Shown here: positions 50,522 through 59,741 of the stretch, piece by piece
How the letters are laid out: every line of letters starts with the position of its first letter
Numbering within the stretch: position 1 is the stretch's first letter
Assembly (NCBI GenBank): GCA_949299335.1
Contig: CASGAD010000011.1
Location: 29,162-93,161 of the forward strand
Length of the DNA stretch: 64,000 bases
DNA from: an uncultured bacterium
GTDB lineage: Bacteria; Bacillota_I; Bacilli_A; RFN20; CAG-826
Direction: 5' to 3'
The notes under the pieces: generated by a model
The model's database searches: none
Told to the model about the DNA's origin: nothing
The model's input: the letters and a program-made list of their open reading frames with translations, nothing else
Position numbers and translations under genes: made by a program

Positions 50522-51986
50522 ATGAAAAAGAAATTTTTAAGTTTATCATCGATTTTTTTAGGTGTTGTTTCTTGTTCACTAGAAGCACAAGTTCCGCCTA
50601 CTATAGATGAAACGCCAGATGATAATTCATCTATTAATGAATAAAATCCAACAAACGAAAGCACTAAGGACAATTATTTACCAGAGGCAGCCTTAAAAAA
50701 GTTACAAGGGGAAATAGGGCTTTACTCAAATGACGTTCAAAGAGATATTAAGTTACTATATCTTAATGGTGAATGGAGTGAAGACCAAGCTAGAGTAGAA
50801 ACAGACGAACACTTCATTTCCTACTTTAAAGATGAATTTTATTTTGATTTACTTCAAAGATGGACTGAAGATGATGTAGTTTATGAAGACCCATTTTCTT
50901 ACGCGTTTAAACGAGGAGAAGGAGACCATCCTTATATGTATTCTGGGGTCAATATGAAAAATGAACTCGAATATACTGAGTACGTTACTGCATATGGAAA
51001 TAAACAACATTGTTTCTTTGATGATTATTTTGACAATCCGTTTGATGATGTCTCACGTTACAATTTTGTTTTAAATGATGATGGAAAATATGTTTGTACA
51101 TCTAGCGCTATTGCTAATTCAATAGTTAATTCTGTATTTTTCACTGAAGAAATGATTTTTACAGCTGAAAATGTTTATTTAACTGTTGATGATGATAATA
51201 ATGTTTCATTGTACGCTGAAAAAAAGAGCTGTTTCTGAAAATAGCCAAGTTGTCTATAACTATAATTATAAATATAGTGGGACATTTACAATTGTTGATC
51301 CTGTTAGACCAAATCTTGAGGAAAATTTATATACATCTAATGAAGACACAGATAAATTAAAAGAAAGATTAAATGCTTTAAATACTGAACCTTATCTAAA
51401 TATAAAAATTGAATCCAGTGTTGAAGGTTGTGATGGAATGGAGTACTTCCTTTCTAGAGAAGAAGGAAAAGAAGCTTTCCTTTATCCAAAAGGATATGAC
51501 TTTGGATACTATGAGAATTCAAGTGATGAAAATGTAATTTATAGATTTAAAGTTTAAAGTGATAATATAGCTAGAGGAGAGAATATTTTTTATTACACTG
51601 TTCCTTCCTCAGGTTTGACTTACTATTTTGTTGATATTGAAGGTATAAGTTTATGCTTTGATTCTTTCGCTAGTGAGATTTTCACTTTTAATCCAGTTGA
51701 TGGTTACTATCAAACAGCTGAAACAAGCATGCGTAAAGAAGTGGCTAATGAATTAGGACCATGCCCAGAATTAAAATTTGATTTTAGAAACATCAGTACA
51801 TTCTCTAGATTATATCTAACAGAGACTGGTGGATTAACAGTACATAATAAGGTAATTTATTCAATTGGTGGAACAATGATAAATAATGAATATAAGATTC
51901 ATATTGAAAAGGGTAGTAAAGATGATATTAGTTTTACAACTGCCTTTGATGAAAAAGCCACTGAAAAAATAACTGGAAAACTTTAA
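50522..51986 (+). pseudogene. Lipoprotein gene disrupted by nonsense codons and a homopolymer frameshift
   Basis: MKKKFLSLSSIFLGVVSCSLEA.. (lipobox VVSC), then an in-frame TAA at 50642-50644. The same frame continues open to 51238 (..NVSLYAEKK). An A7 tract at 51219-51225 shifts into the frame of ORF 51186-51557 (..AVSENSQVVYNYNYKYSGTF..). A TAA at 51555-51557 is followed in the same frame by an ORF to 51986 that lacks a start codon. Confidence 0.6.
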
Positions 51987-51992
51987 AAAATC

Positions 51993-52018
51993 ATAGCCTT
52001 AGCGGTTGCTAAGGCTAT
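51993..52018 (+). terminator. Strong hairpin, putative terminator
   Basis: ATAGCCTTAGC-ggtt-GCTAAGGCTAT, a perfect 11-bp stem. An A-run lies upstream; the downstream U-run is weak (TATCATATTTATT). Confidence 0.5.
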
Positions 52019-52095
52019 TATCATATTTATTAATAATTTATTATTTTTCTAACACAATTTTAGTATTTTTAGTATTCTAATTGTGGAGGGGAACT

Positions 52096-52752
52096 ATGAA
52101 AAAAATTGATGAAAAATATTTTGTTAATCCTAGTGGTGATATTAACAAAACAAAAATTGAAGATTCATTAGACAGTGATGAAAAGATTTTGTGGAAAGGC
52201 AATCCTTTAAGAAAATCTTTCATACTTAATTCGTTTTTTAAATTTCTTCCTTTTGCCATTATATGGTTAGTGTTTGATGTGTTTTTTATAGTGATGCTAT
52301 TTACAAATATAAAAGAAATACCTATACCTTTAATTATATTTTTATGTGTCTTCTTTCTATTCCATTTAATGCCAGTGTGGTTCTGGATTTATAATATGGT
52401 TTCAGCTAGTAGAAGACAAAAAAATGAAGAATACGCCTTCACAAATAAGAGAATTTTAGTAAAACAAGGTTTTATTGGAAGTACTATTATTAGTGTCTTT
52501 TATGCTTCTATTAATAGTGTTAATTTAAAGGTTGGAATTATAGAAAAAATGTGTCACGTAGGTGATATTTATATTGTTTATGAAAATCAAAAGATTGTTT
52601 TAGAAGATATTACGGATCCTTTATTTATTACTCAAAAACTTCAAGGCATTGCCAACGATATTAAAACTGATATTTATTATCCAAATTCGTTAAGACCTAA
52701 AGAAAATGAGGGTTATAAAACTGAATACAAAGGAAAAGGAACTGGAAAGTAG
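52096..52752 (+). CDS. Membrane protein with bacterial PH-like (bPH_2/DUF304, YdbS-like) domain, putative
   Basis: DEKILWKGNPLRKSF followed by two TM helices, then a beta-rich domain. This pattern is typical of DUF304 proteins. RBS GGAGGGGA. Confidence 0.45.
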   Translation: MKKIDEKYFVNPSGDINKTKIEDSLDSDEKILWKGNPLRKSFILNSFFKFLPFAIIWLVFDVFFIVMLFTNIKEIPIPLIIFLCVFFLFHLMPVWFWIYNMVSASRRQKNEEYAFTNKRILVKQGFIGSTIISVFYASINSVNLKVGIIEKMCHVGDIYIVYENQKIVLEDITDPLFITQKLQGIANDIKTDIYYPNSLRPKENEGYKTEYKGKGTGK

Positions 52753-52761
52753 GTTTAAACT

Positions 52762-53136
52762 ATGAAACTATTTCATTTTATTAGTAAGATAGTTCGAATG
52801 GGTGCTGCTTCGGGAGGAAAGCGAATTGCTTATGCGATAGGAAATGCAATTATTGTCGCTATTGCATTTGCTGCTGGTTATTTTATTTACACAATGTATA
52901 GTAATTTAGGTAATGCAGGTACTAATTTTGCTATTTATATCGTTGGAATTATAGTTTTAGCAATTATTGGAGTAGCTGCCTTTTTTGAAGGTGTTATTTG
53001 CCAAATTGCTTTAACTATTTTCTCTTTAATGGGGATTATTGTTTCAAGGGAAAGATTAGCAAATTTATTTGCATTTTTGATTACAATAGCGACTTATGCA
53101 GCAATTATAATCACTGGTGTAATATTATTAAGTTAA
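52762..53136 (+). CDS. Small hydrophobic membrane protein (124 aa)
   Basis: Three or four TM helices; 9 nt after the previous gene. Confidence 0.45.
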   Translation: MKLFHFISKIVRMGAASGGKRIAYAIGNAIIVAIAFAAGYFIYTMYSNLGNAGTNFAIYIVGIIVLAIIGVAAFFEGVICQIALTIFSLMGIIVSRERLANLFAFLITIATYAAIIITGVILLS

Positions 53137-53158
53137 GAACAAAGCTAAATTATTTATC

Positions 53159-53189
53159 AAAAAAGTGCCATAAATATGGTACTTTTTTT
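53159..53189 (+). terminator. Rho-independent terminator
   Basis: AAAAAGTGCCAT-aaat-ATGGTACTTTTTTT (one G.U wobble). Confidence 0.65.
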
Positions 53190-53349
53190 CTTTTTAACAA
53201 AAAAATAAGTTTTTAAAAAAATGAATATTAAAAATAAACAAAAACTAAGCTTAAATGAAACTAAAAAAATTAAAATAGTATTAAGGTTTACGATATTCCT
53301 ATCACTTAAAGTTAATTTAAGTTAATAATCATTTACGAGAGGAAATTTT

Positions 53350-55590
53350 ATGTTAAAAGAAAGAATTCATAGAAATTTTAGGTTGTTTTTTTGTTTGTCA
53401 TTTTTTGGTGTTTTATTGCTTGTTTCTTGTAGTGGCACTAATGAAATTAGTGAAGCTAAAACATTTGAATTTACTGAAAGCGAGATAAATATTCTAGTAA
53501 ACGAAAAATGTGAAGTAAAAGTTGAAGCTAGTGAAAATATCGATTTACTTGAAGACATTGTTTATTCATTTAATGGAACTGATGAACTTACATTAACTAA
53601 TAGCGAAACCGGACTAAATATTGAAGGAAATAAAGAAGGAAGTTATATAGTTAATGCAAAATATAAAGATGATGAAGAGATAATCACTTCCTTAATGGTT
53701 AATGTAAATACCGCAAAAGATGAATATGAATATAAATTGTGTTTAGATACTTCAGCTACTAAAACAAAATATTTAAAAGGTGAGGAATTTACTAGTGAAG
53801 GTTTAGTTGTTTACGCTAGTTTATACATTAACGGAGTAGAAAATGAAGATTATCGTTTTTATTTAGAAAACTATATTATTCCATTTAATGATGGTGAAGT
53901 CTTAAATGAACTCGGTGAATTCGAAGTTGTAATAAACTCTGATCCATATGGAAAAGTATCTTATACAATTAGTGTTTTAGAAAGTTATGAAGAAACTAAT
54001 TATGAAATAGACACAACTAATGCAACTAAAAGTTATTTAAAGAATTCCTCTTTCTCAACCTATGGCTTAAAAGTTTATGAAATTAAGACTAAGTATTATC
54101 TAGATTCTACTAATAACAAGGTAATCGAAGAGCATAAATCAGAAGTAACAAATTATAGTGTTTCTTTAGCCAGTGGAACTAAGTTAGATAGTAATGGAAT
54201 TTATGAAATTATAGTTGAAATAAACGGATTTAAAGATTCATTTAATATCACAGTCTATGAAAGCGATTCAACAATTAAGGAAGTTGCTACTAGCTATATC
54301 AATACTAAAAATATTGGCTTAGTCATTAATTCAACAATTAGCACAGAAGATAATGTCTATGGACTAAATAGGCATATAACTTATAAACAAAATTATGTAG
54401 ATATTAAAGAATATCAAAAGAGTAGTCGAGAAGATTATTCCCTTGATGTAATTAATGAAGAATACGGGCTTCTTAAAGATGGAAATAATAATAGTTTTAC
54501 TTATTCAATAAATGAAGAGACTATTAAAGTTAATGAGTTAGTAAAACAAAATACATCTTCTCTTTGGGACATTCTAGATTACGCTAATATAAGTAGTTTC
54601 AAAGTATTTGAAAGTAAAGATTTCCCATTAATAACTTTAAAAGATAATGAACATTATTATAAAGAATTCATTAATAGAGGGACTTTAAATGATTCAACGA
54701 TTAGTTCTTATCCAATAATTGAAGGAGCCTTTAAATTAGCTAAGTTAGATTTATCGCTTTATGAATTTGTTTCTAGTTATGAAGTAAGTGTTAAAGATAG
54801 CTTAATCGATATAAAAGTGAACGTTGATTACTTTGGGTACATAGAAATTTCTACAATCCCTCAAAGTGAAAATAATGATCTTGAATTAATAAATAACGCC
54901 ACAAAAAGCAAAGATTTTACATTTAGTGAAGAGGTTAATAATAGTGTAACTTCTATATTAGAATTAATGAAATTAGATAATTACACATTTAACTCTGGTA
55001 GTGGCATAGTTCAATATTACAACCCAAATTATTTCTATGTACATTATGATCCAATTTACGCATTAGCTGGATTAACTTCAATTGGTTACTTAAAGGTTGA
55101 AGAGCCAGTAGGAGAACTAGATAAAGCAGGAATTTATTCATTTAAAGTTAATGAAAATGGAAGTGTAATGACTTTAGATGAATCAAGTTTGACGTTAGTT
55201 TATGAGGATACTTCTTTAATTAAGTATTCTTCATTATTTACCCAATTTGTGCCAGGGTATTTATCTAATTCCTTTAAATCCTTAATGAATGATCCATTAA
55301 GTTTAGCAACATTTAAAGTAGTAGAAGGGACGAACAATGCTTTATTTTCTACTAACGCAGATGTTGGAGAAACGTTTATGAATTACTTCTTTGGTGAAGG
55401 TGAGTCAGATAATAGAACTAACGCTATGAATTATGGTTATATTAATGGAGCAATGCTTTCAGCAGTAGATGAAAGTGGAAATAAAAATTTAATTCTAATG
55501 TGTGTAAGTAGATCACTATATGGTTATTCTAAAACATTAACCAATGTAGGAAATACTTACATTGAAAGTATTGATAATTTTATAAAGTGA
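53350..55590 (+). CDS. Surface lipoprotein (746 aa) with N-terminal Ig-like domains
   Basis: LLLVSCSGTNE lipobox. Big_2-like block FEFTESEINILVNEKCEVKVEAS...; Big_3-like block KYLKGEEFTSEGLVVYASLYINGVE... Confidence 0.6.
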   Translation: MLKERIHRNFRLFFCLSFFGVLLLVSCSGTNEISEAKTFEFTESEINILVNEKCEVKVEASENIDLLEDIVYSFNGTDELTLTNSETGLNIEGNKEGSYIVNAKYKDDEEIITSLMVNVNTAKDEYEYKLCLDTSATKTKYLKGEEFTSEGLVVYASLYINGVENEDYRFYLENYIIPFNDGEVLNELGEFEVVINSDPYGKVSYTISVLESYEETNYEIDTTNATKSYLKNSSFSTYGLKVYEIKTKYYLDSTNNKVIEEHKSEVTNYSVSLASGTKLDSNGIYEIIVEINGFKDSFNITVYESDSTIKEVATSYINTKNIGLVINSTISTEDNVYGLNRHITYKQNYVDIKEYQKSSREDYSLDVINEEYGLLKDGNNNSFTYSINEETIKVNELVKQNTSSLWDILDYANISSFKVFESKDFPLITLKDNEHYYKEFINRGTLNDSTISSYPIIEGAFKLAKLDLSLYEFVSSYEVSVKDSLIDIKVNVDYFGYIEISTIPQSENNDLELINNATKSKDFTFSEEVNNSVTSILELMKLDNYTFNSGSGIVQYYNPNYFYVHYDPIYALAGLTSIGYLKVEEPVGELDKAGIYSFKVNENGSVMTLDESSLTLVYEDTSLIKYSSLFTQFVPGYLSNSFKSLMNDPLSLATFKVVEGTNNALFSTNADVGETFMNYFFGEGESDNRTNAMNYGYINGAMLSAVDESGNKNLILMCVSRSLYGYSKTLTNVGNTYIESIDNFIK

Positions 55591-55599
55591 GGTGGGAAT

Positions 55600-57474
55600 A
55601 TGAAAAGAAAAAAGATACTTGCGATTAGTAGTGCTTTATGTCTTACATTTAGCACACTTGTGTTGGCTTCTTGTAATACCTCAACTGATGTAGTTGAAGA
55701 AGTTGAAGACGAAATTAGTTTGAGTGCAACTACTAATACACTAAAAGTAGGCGAAACAGCCACAATTGAAGTTTCCACTACTTATGATAAGACAACTTTA
55801 TTATGGGTAAGTGAAGACGAAAGCGTTGTCACAGTAAGTGGAGGAACAGTTACTGCTGTTGGTGAAGGTAAAGCAAAAGTATATGCTTATCCAAAAGAAA
55901 ATTTTGATGATTATACGTATGTTGAATTTATTGTTACTAGTGAAGCAACTGCTGGAGAAACTATTAACGAGCTTGCTATTGATGCAACAAATGTTAAAAC
56001 AGATTATAAGTTAGGTGAAAATTTAGACTTAACTGGACTTGTTGTTACTGTTGATGGAGCAGAAGTTAGTAATTATTCAACTAATCCAAGAAATGGTACT
56101 ACTTTACAAGTTATTGGAGAGATGGAAGTAGTTGTTTCTTATAGTGGATGCGAATCAGTCTCATTTACTATTAAAGTAGAAGAAAATCCAATTGATACAA
56201 CTTTATACGACTTGGCTGAAAAATTAAGCACAACCAAAAACTATAAGTATGATGTTGAATTATTTGGAAAAATTGAAGGAAGTGATGGGACAATTCAAGA
56301 TGGTTCACTCAAATACTCATATACATTTAATGAAACAAAATTCTATTTAAAATTTACTGCTTTAGATGAAATTTATGAGGATTATGATTTTGGCTATGTA
56401 AACACTGAAAAAGGTGTTATGAAGTATAAAATTGTAGATGAAATTGTCACTCCAATTTGCTACGAATCACATCAAAAATATGATTATAGAGAAGTCAGTG
56501 CTTATAAAGATGAAAATGTATTAACTCTTGAAGGCTTCCCATTAAGGCAAACTAGTGGATATTACTTAGTTACTGACAACGATTTAATTAATGATATTGT
56601 CAGTAAAGCCGATAGTAACGCATCAATTGTTTATAACAATATGAAATCAGTAAAAGGCTATGTAATAAGTGAAACCGCATTCAAATTTGTTGTTGATTGT
56701 GGAAACGTTGGACATTTAGAAGTCACTTATAGCGATATTGGTACAGCTGATGTTAACGGAGTTGAACAATATTTGACTGATAATGGTGATGAAATTGCCA
56801 TCGATAGTGAATTAACTACAATTTTCAATAAAATAAACGCTAATAATTACACAATTGCTCTTGGTACATTTACAAATGCTTCAGGAGTAGAAAAGAATGC
56901 TGGATACAAGTACTACACAGAAAACTATTATGTTTACTTATATGAAGATGAATATATTGAGTATTATAATGCAAACGCTGGAGAAACCGCTAAAGAGATT
57001 GCAAGTTGTGGACAATTTATAAAAGATGATGTTGTTTATGATTTTACAATCGGGAAGAACGATAATAATGAGCCAGTTATCGAAACTGTAAATGCCTCAA
57101 CAGATACTATTGAAGATTTCTATCTAAATGGTGGTTATATTTCAACATTTGATGCCTTAGATGAAGCAAATATTGACATGTATGCTCATGAAACTATTAC
57201 AAATACAACATCTGAAGGCTATGTTGTTACGGGCGATTCGTTAACATATGACTTCTATGATTATTTAGGTTTATCACTTGAAACATTTGGAGTTATTCCT
57301 GCTGAATTCGCTTTATATCATTATAAAGGTACAGTCGAAGCTCTAGATCAAATAGCTTTAATCGAAATTGTATTTGATATGAGTGGCAAATATTATGCCT
57401 TAGCAACATATTTAACTAATTTAGGTTATACATCCTATGAATTAGTTGAAGATTATATGGCAGCGATGGAGTAA
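55600..57474 (+). CDS. Surface lipoprotein (624 aa) with Big_2 and Big_3 Ig-like domains
   Basis: LVLASCNTST lipobox. LKVGETATIEVSTTYDKTTLLWVSEDESVVTVSGGTVTAVGEGKAKVYAY (Big_2). DYKLGENLDLTGLVVTVDGAEV (Big_3-type). Confidence 0.65.
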   Translation: MKRKKILAISSALCLTFSTLVLASCNTSTDVVEEVEDEISLSATTNTLKVGETATIEVSTTYDKTTLLWVSEDESVVTVSGGTVTAVGEGKAKVYAYPKENFDDYTYVEFIVTSEATAGETINELAIDATNVKTDYKLGENLDLTGLVVTVDGAEVSNYSTNPRNGTTLQVIGEMEVVVSYSGCESVSFTIKVEENPIDTTLYDLAEKLSTTKNYKYDVELFGKIEGSDGTIQDGSLKYSYTFNETKFYLKFTALDEIYEDYDFGYVNTEKGVMKYKIVDEIVTPICYESHQKYDYREVSAYKDENVLTLEGFPLRQTSGYYLVTDNDLINDIVSKADSNASIVYNNMKSVKGYVISETAFKFVVDCGNVGHLEVTYSDIGTADVNGVEQYLTDNGDEIAIDSELTTIFNKINANNYTIALGTFTNASGVEKNAGYKYYTENYYVYLYEDEYIEYYNANAGETAKEIASCGQFIKDDVVYDFTIGKNDNNEPVIETVNASTDTIEDFYLNGGYISTFDALDEANIDMYAHETITNTTSEGYVVTGDSLTYDFYDYLGLSLETFGVIPAEFALYHYKGTVEALDQIALIEIVFDMSGKYYALATYLTNLGYTSYELVEDYMAAME

Positions 57475-57486
57475 AGGAGAAAAAGT

Positions 57487-59730
57487 ATGAAAAAGAAAAT
57501 TAGAGTTTTAGCATTATCAAGCTTAATTGCTTTTACTGCTTTTCCAATGATGTCATGTGCAACTCAAGAAGAAGTTGTCGAGGTAGAAAAGACTGATAAA
57601 ATTGTTATCAGTGGAATGAAAACATTAAAAGTAGGTGAAAGTTGCACGCTTACTGCTAATTTTGAGGGTACTGCGAAAACCATTAAATGGTTATCAACCT
57701 CTCCAGAAATTGCAACTATTAGTGAAGAAGGAGTCGTTCAAGCAGTGGATGAAGGTGAAACGACTATAATTTGTCAAGCTACTGAAGATGCTAAAGTAAG
57801 AGCTACTTGTCAAATCAAAGTTTATAAAGAATTCGAAGATACAACCTTATACGTCAAAGTTACTTTTGTTAATTATGATGGAACAGTAATTGATCAACAA
57901 ATAGTTGAAAAAGGAAAAACCCCAACTTATGAAGGAGCAACACCAACTAGAATTAGTGATGATAATAATGGTTATGCTTTTAGTGGATGGGATAAAGAAT
58001 TTGGTGCAGTTTATGAGGATACAACATATATTGCAACATATGAAGTAGTTCCTTTAAGCGAATTTGCTTTTGCAGTTGACACCGTTAATGGCGGATATAA
58101 GGTCGTTAGTTATACAGGCGATAAAACTGAGATTCAAATTCCTGCTACATTCGCTTATAGAAAAGTTGTTTCAATTGGCGATTCAGCCTTTGCAAATAAT
58201 ACAAAACTTACTAAAGTTACCTTACCAGAAGGACTTAAAGCAATAGGTAATAAAGCTTTCTATGGTTGTAAAGCTATTACTGATATGAATATTCCTTCAA
58301 CGGTTACTACTTTAGGAGAAAGCTCATTTGAAGAATGCTCATCGTGGACTACAATTCTTACTCTCAATGATAATGTAGTCGATATTCCTGCTAGATGTTT
58401 CTATCATTGTGCTGGATTATCAAGAATTGAAGGACACAAGAACTTAGAAACTATTGGACGTGCAGCTTTCGGAAATTGTTATGCACTAGTCTTCTCTTTT
58501 ACAGACAAGATTAATCATATTGATGCATTTGCTTTCGAAGCAAATAGATGCTTGTCTTATCTAGAATTACCAGATAGCATTACTTATTTAGGTGAAAGTG
58601 TTTTCTGTCATTGTACTGGTTTATTTACATTAAAGTTACCAGCTAACTTAGAAACAATTGATTATGAAAAAGGTGGTTATCAAGCCTTAACATTAGGTTG
58701 TACTTCTTTATATCAAATTACAATTGACGAATCTAATCCTAATTTTATGATTGATAAGAACATTGCTATTTATAATAAAGATGGAACTATCTTATACGCA
58801 GTTGCTCCTATAGCTACTGGGGTTTATAACGTTTTAGATACCTGCCAAGAAATTAAGGGTAGTGCTTTCTATAAATTTACTGGAACTGGAATCAACATTC
58901 CTAAATCAGTTACTCAAATTGGAACTTGGGCTTTCTGGTTATCAGAAATACAAACAGTCACATTTGAAGATGGTGGAACTACATTAACAATGTCAGGAGA
59001 TTGTTTCCAAGGTTGTGATAAGCTCACAACTGTTACTTTACCAGATCATTTAACCGCAATTCCTAATAATTTATTTAGATATACACCATCAGTTGAGACA
59101 GTTAATTTTAGTGATAAAGTTACAAGCATTGGAACTTATGTATTCTATAATTGTTCCAGATTAAGAGAAATTGAATTACCAAGTGGATTAACTTCAATCG
59201 GAACATATGCTTTCTATAATACTGGTATTGAGGATATTACAATTCCAAGTGGAGTCACAGTAATTAATTCTAGTGTCTTCTATAGTTGTAGCAATTTAAA
59301 GAATGTTACTTTTTTAGGAAAAGTTACTTCTATTGGCACCAGTGCATTTAGTTATAGTGGACTTGAAAACTTTGTCATTCCTAATACTGTTACAAAGATT
59401 AATAACAATGCATTTAGATTCTGTTCTGAATTAAAATCCATTACCTTACCAACTGCTTTAAGTGGTACTTCTGCATTTGGCTCTTATACATTTGGATCTT
59501 GTACAGCGTTAGAAGAAATTACTTTCGGACCTGGATTAACCGATGATGAGTTAGGTTCTTGGTCATTGACAGTTCCAGCTAATACATTTCGTGATGATTC
59601 AAATATTAAGACAATTAATTTTAGAGGAAGTGAAACTGCTTTTGCTAAAGTTACTGTTAAAGATTCAACTTTATTAGAATTAGTAAATAGTGGCTCAGTA
59701 GTCATTAATTACAATGTTGATATGGAGTAA
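57487..59730 (+). CDS. Surface lipoprotein: Big_2, Listeria-Bacteroides repeat and BspA-type leucine-rich repeats (LRR_5)
   Basis: PMMSCATQEE lipobox. Big_2 (LKVGESCTLTANFEG..). YVKVTFVNYDGTVIDQQIVEKGKTPTYEGATPTRISDDNNGYAFSGWDKEF fits the Listeria-Bacteroides repeat. Long series of ..IP.SVT.IG..AF..C..L.. ~23-aa repeats of the BspA/LRR_5 type. Confidence 0.7.
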   Translation: MKKKIRVLALSSLIAFTAFPMMSCATQEEVVEVEKTDKIVISGMKTLKVGESCTLTANFEGTAKTIKWLSTSPEIATISEEGVVQAVDEGETTIICQATEDAKVRATCQIKVYKEFEDTTLYVKVTFVNYDGTVIDQQIVEKGKTPTYEGATPTRISDDNNGYAFSGWDKEFGAVYEDTTYIATYEVVPLSEFAFAVDTVNGGYKVVSYTGDKTEIQIPATFAYRKVVSIGDSAFANNTKLTKVTLPEGLKAIGNKAFYGCKAITDMNIPSTVTTLGESSFEECSSWTTILTLNDNVVDIPARCFYHCAGLSRIEGHKNLETIGRAAFGNCYALVFSFTDKINHIDAFAFEANRCLSYLELPDSITYLGESVFCHCTGLFTLKLPANLETIDYEKGGYQALTLGCTSLYQITIDESNPNFMIDKNIAIYNKDGTILYAVAPIATGVYNVLDTCQEIKGSAFYKFTGTGINIPKSVTQIGTWAFWLSEIQTVTFEDGGTTLTMSGDCFQGCDKLTTVTLPDHLTAIPNNLFRYTPSVETVNFSDKVTSIGTYVFYNCSRLREIELPSGLTSIGTYAFYNTGIEDITIPSGVTVINSSVFYSCSNLKNVTFLGKVTSIGTSAFSYSGLENFVIPNTVTKINNNAFRFCSELKSITLPTALSGTSAFGSYTFGSCTALEEITFGPGLTDDELGSWSLTVPANTFRDDSNIKTINFRGSETAFAKVTVKDSTLLELVNSGSVVINYNVDME

Positions 59731-59741
59731 AGGAGAGAGTT

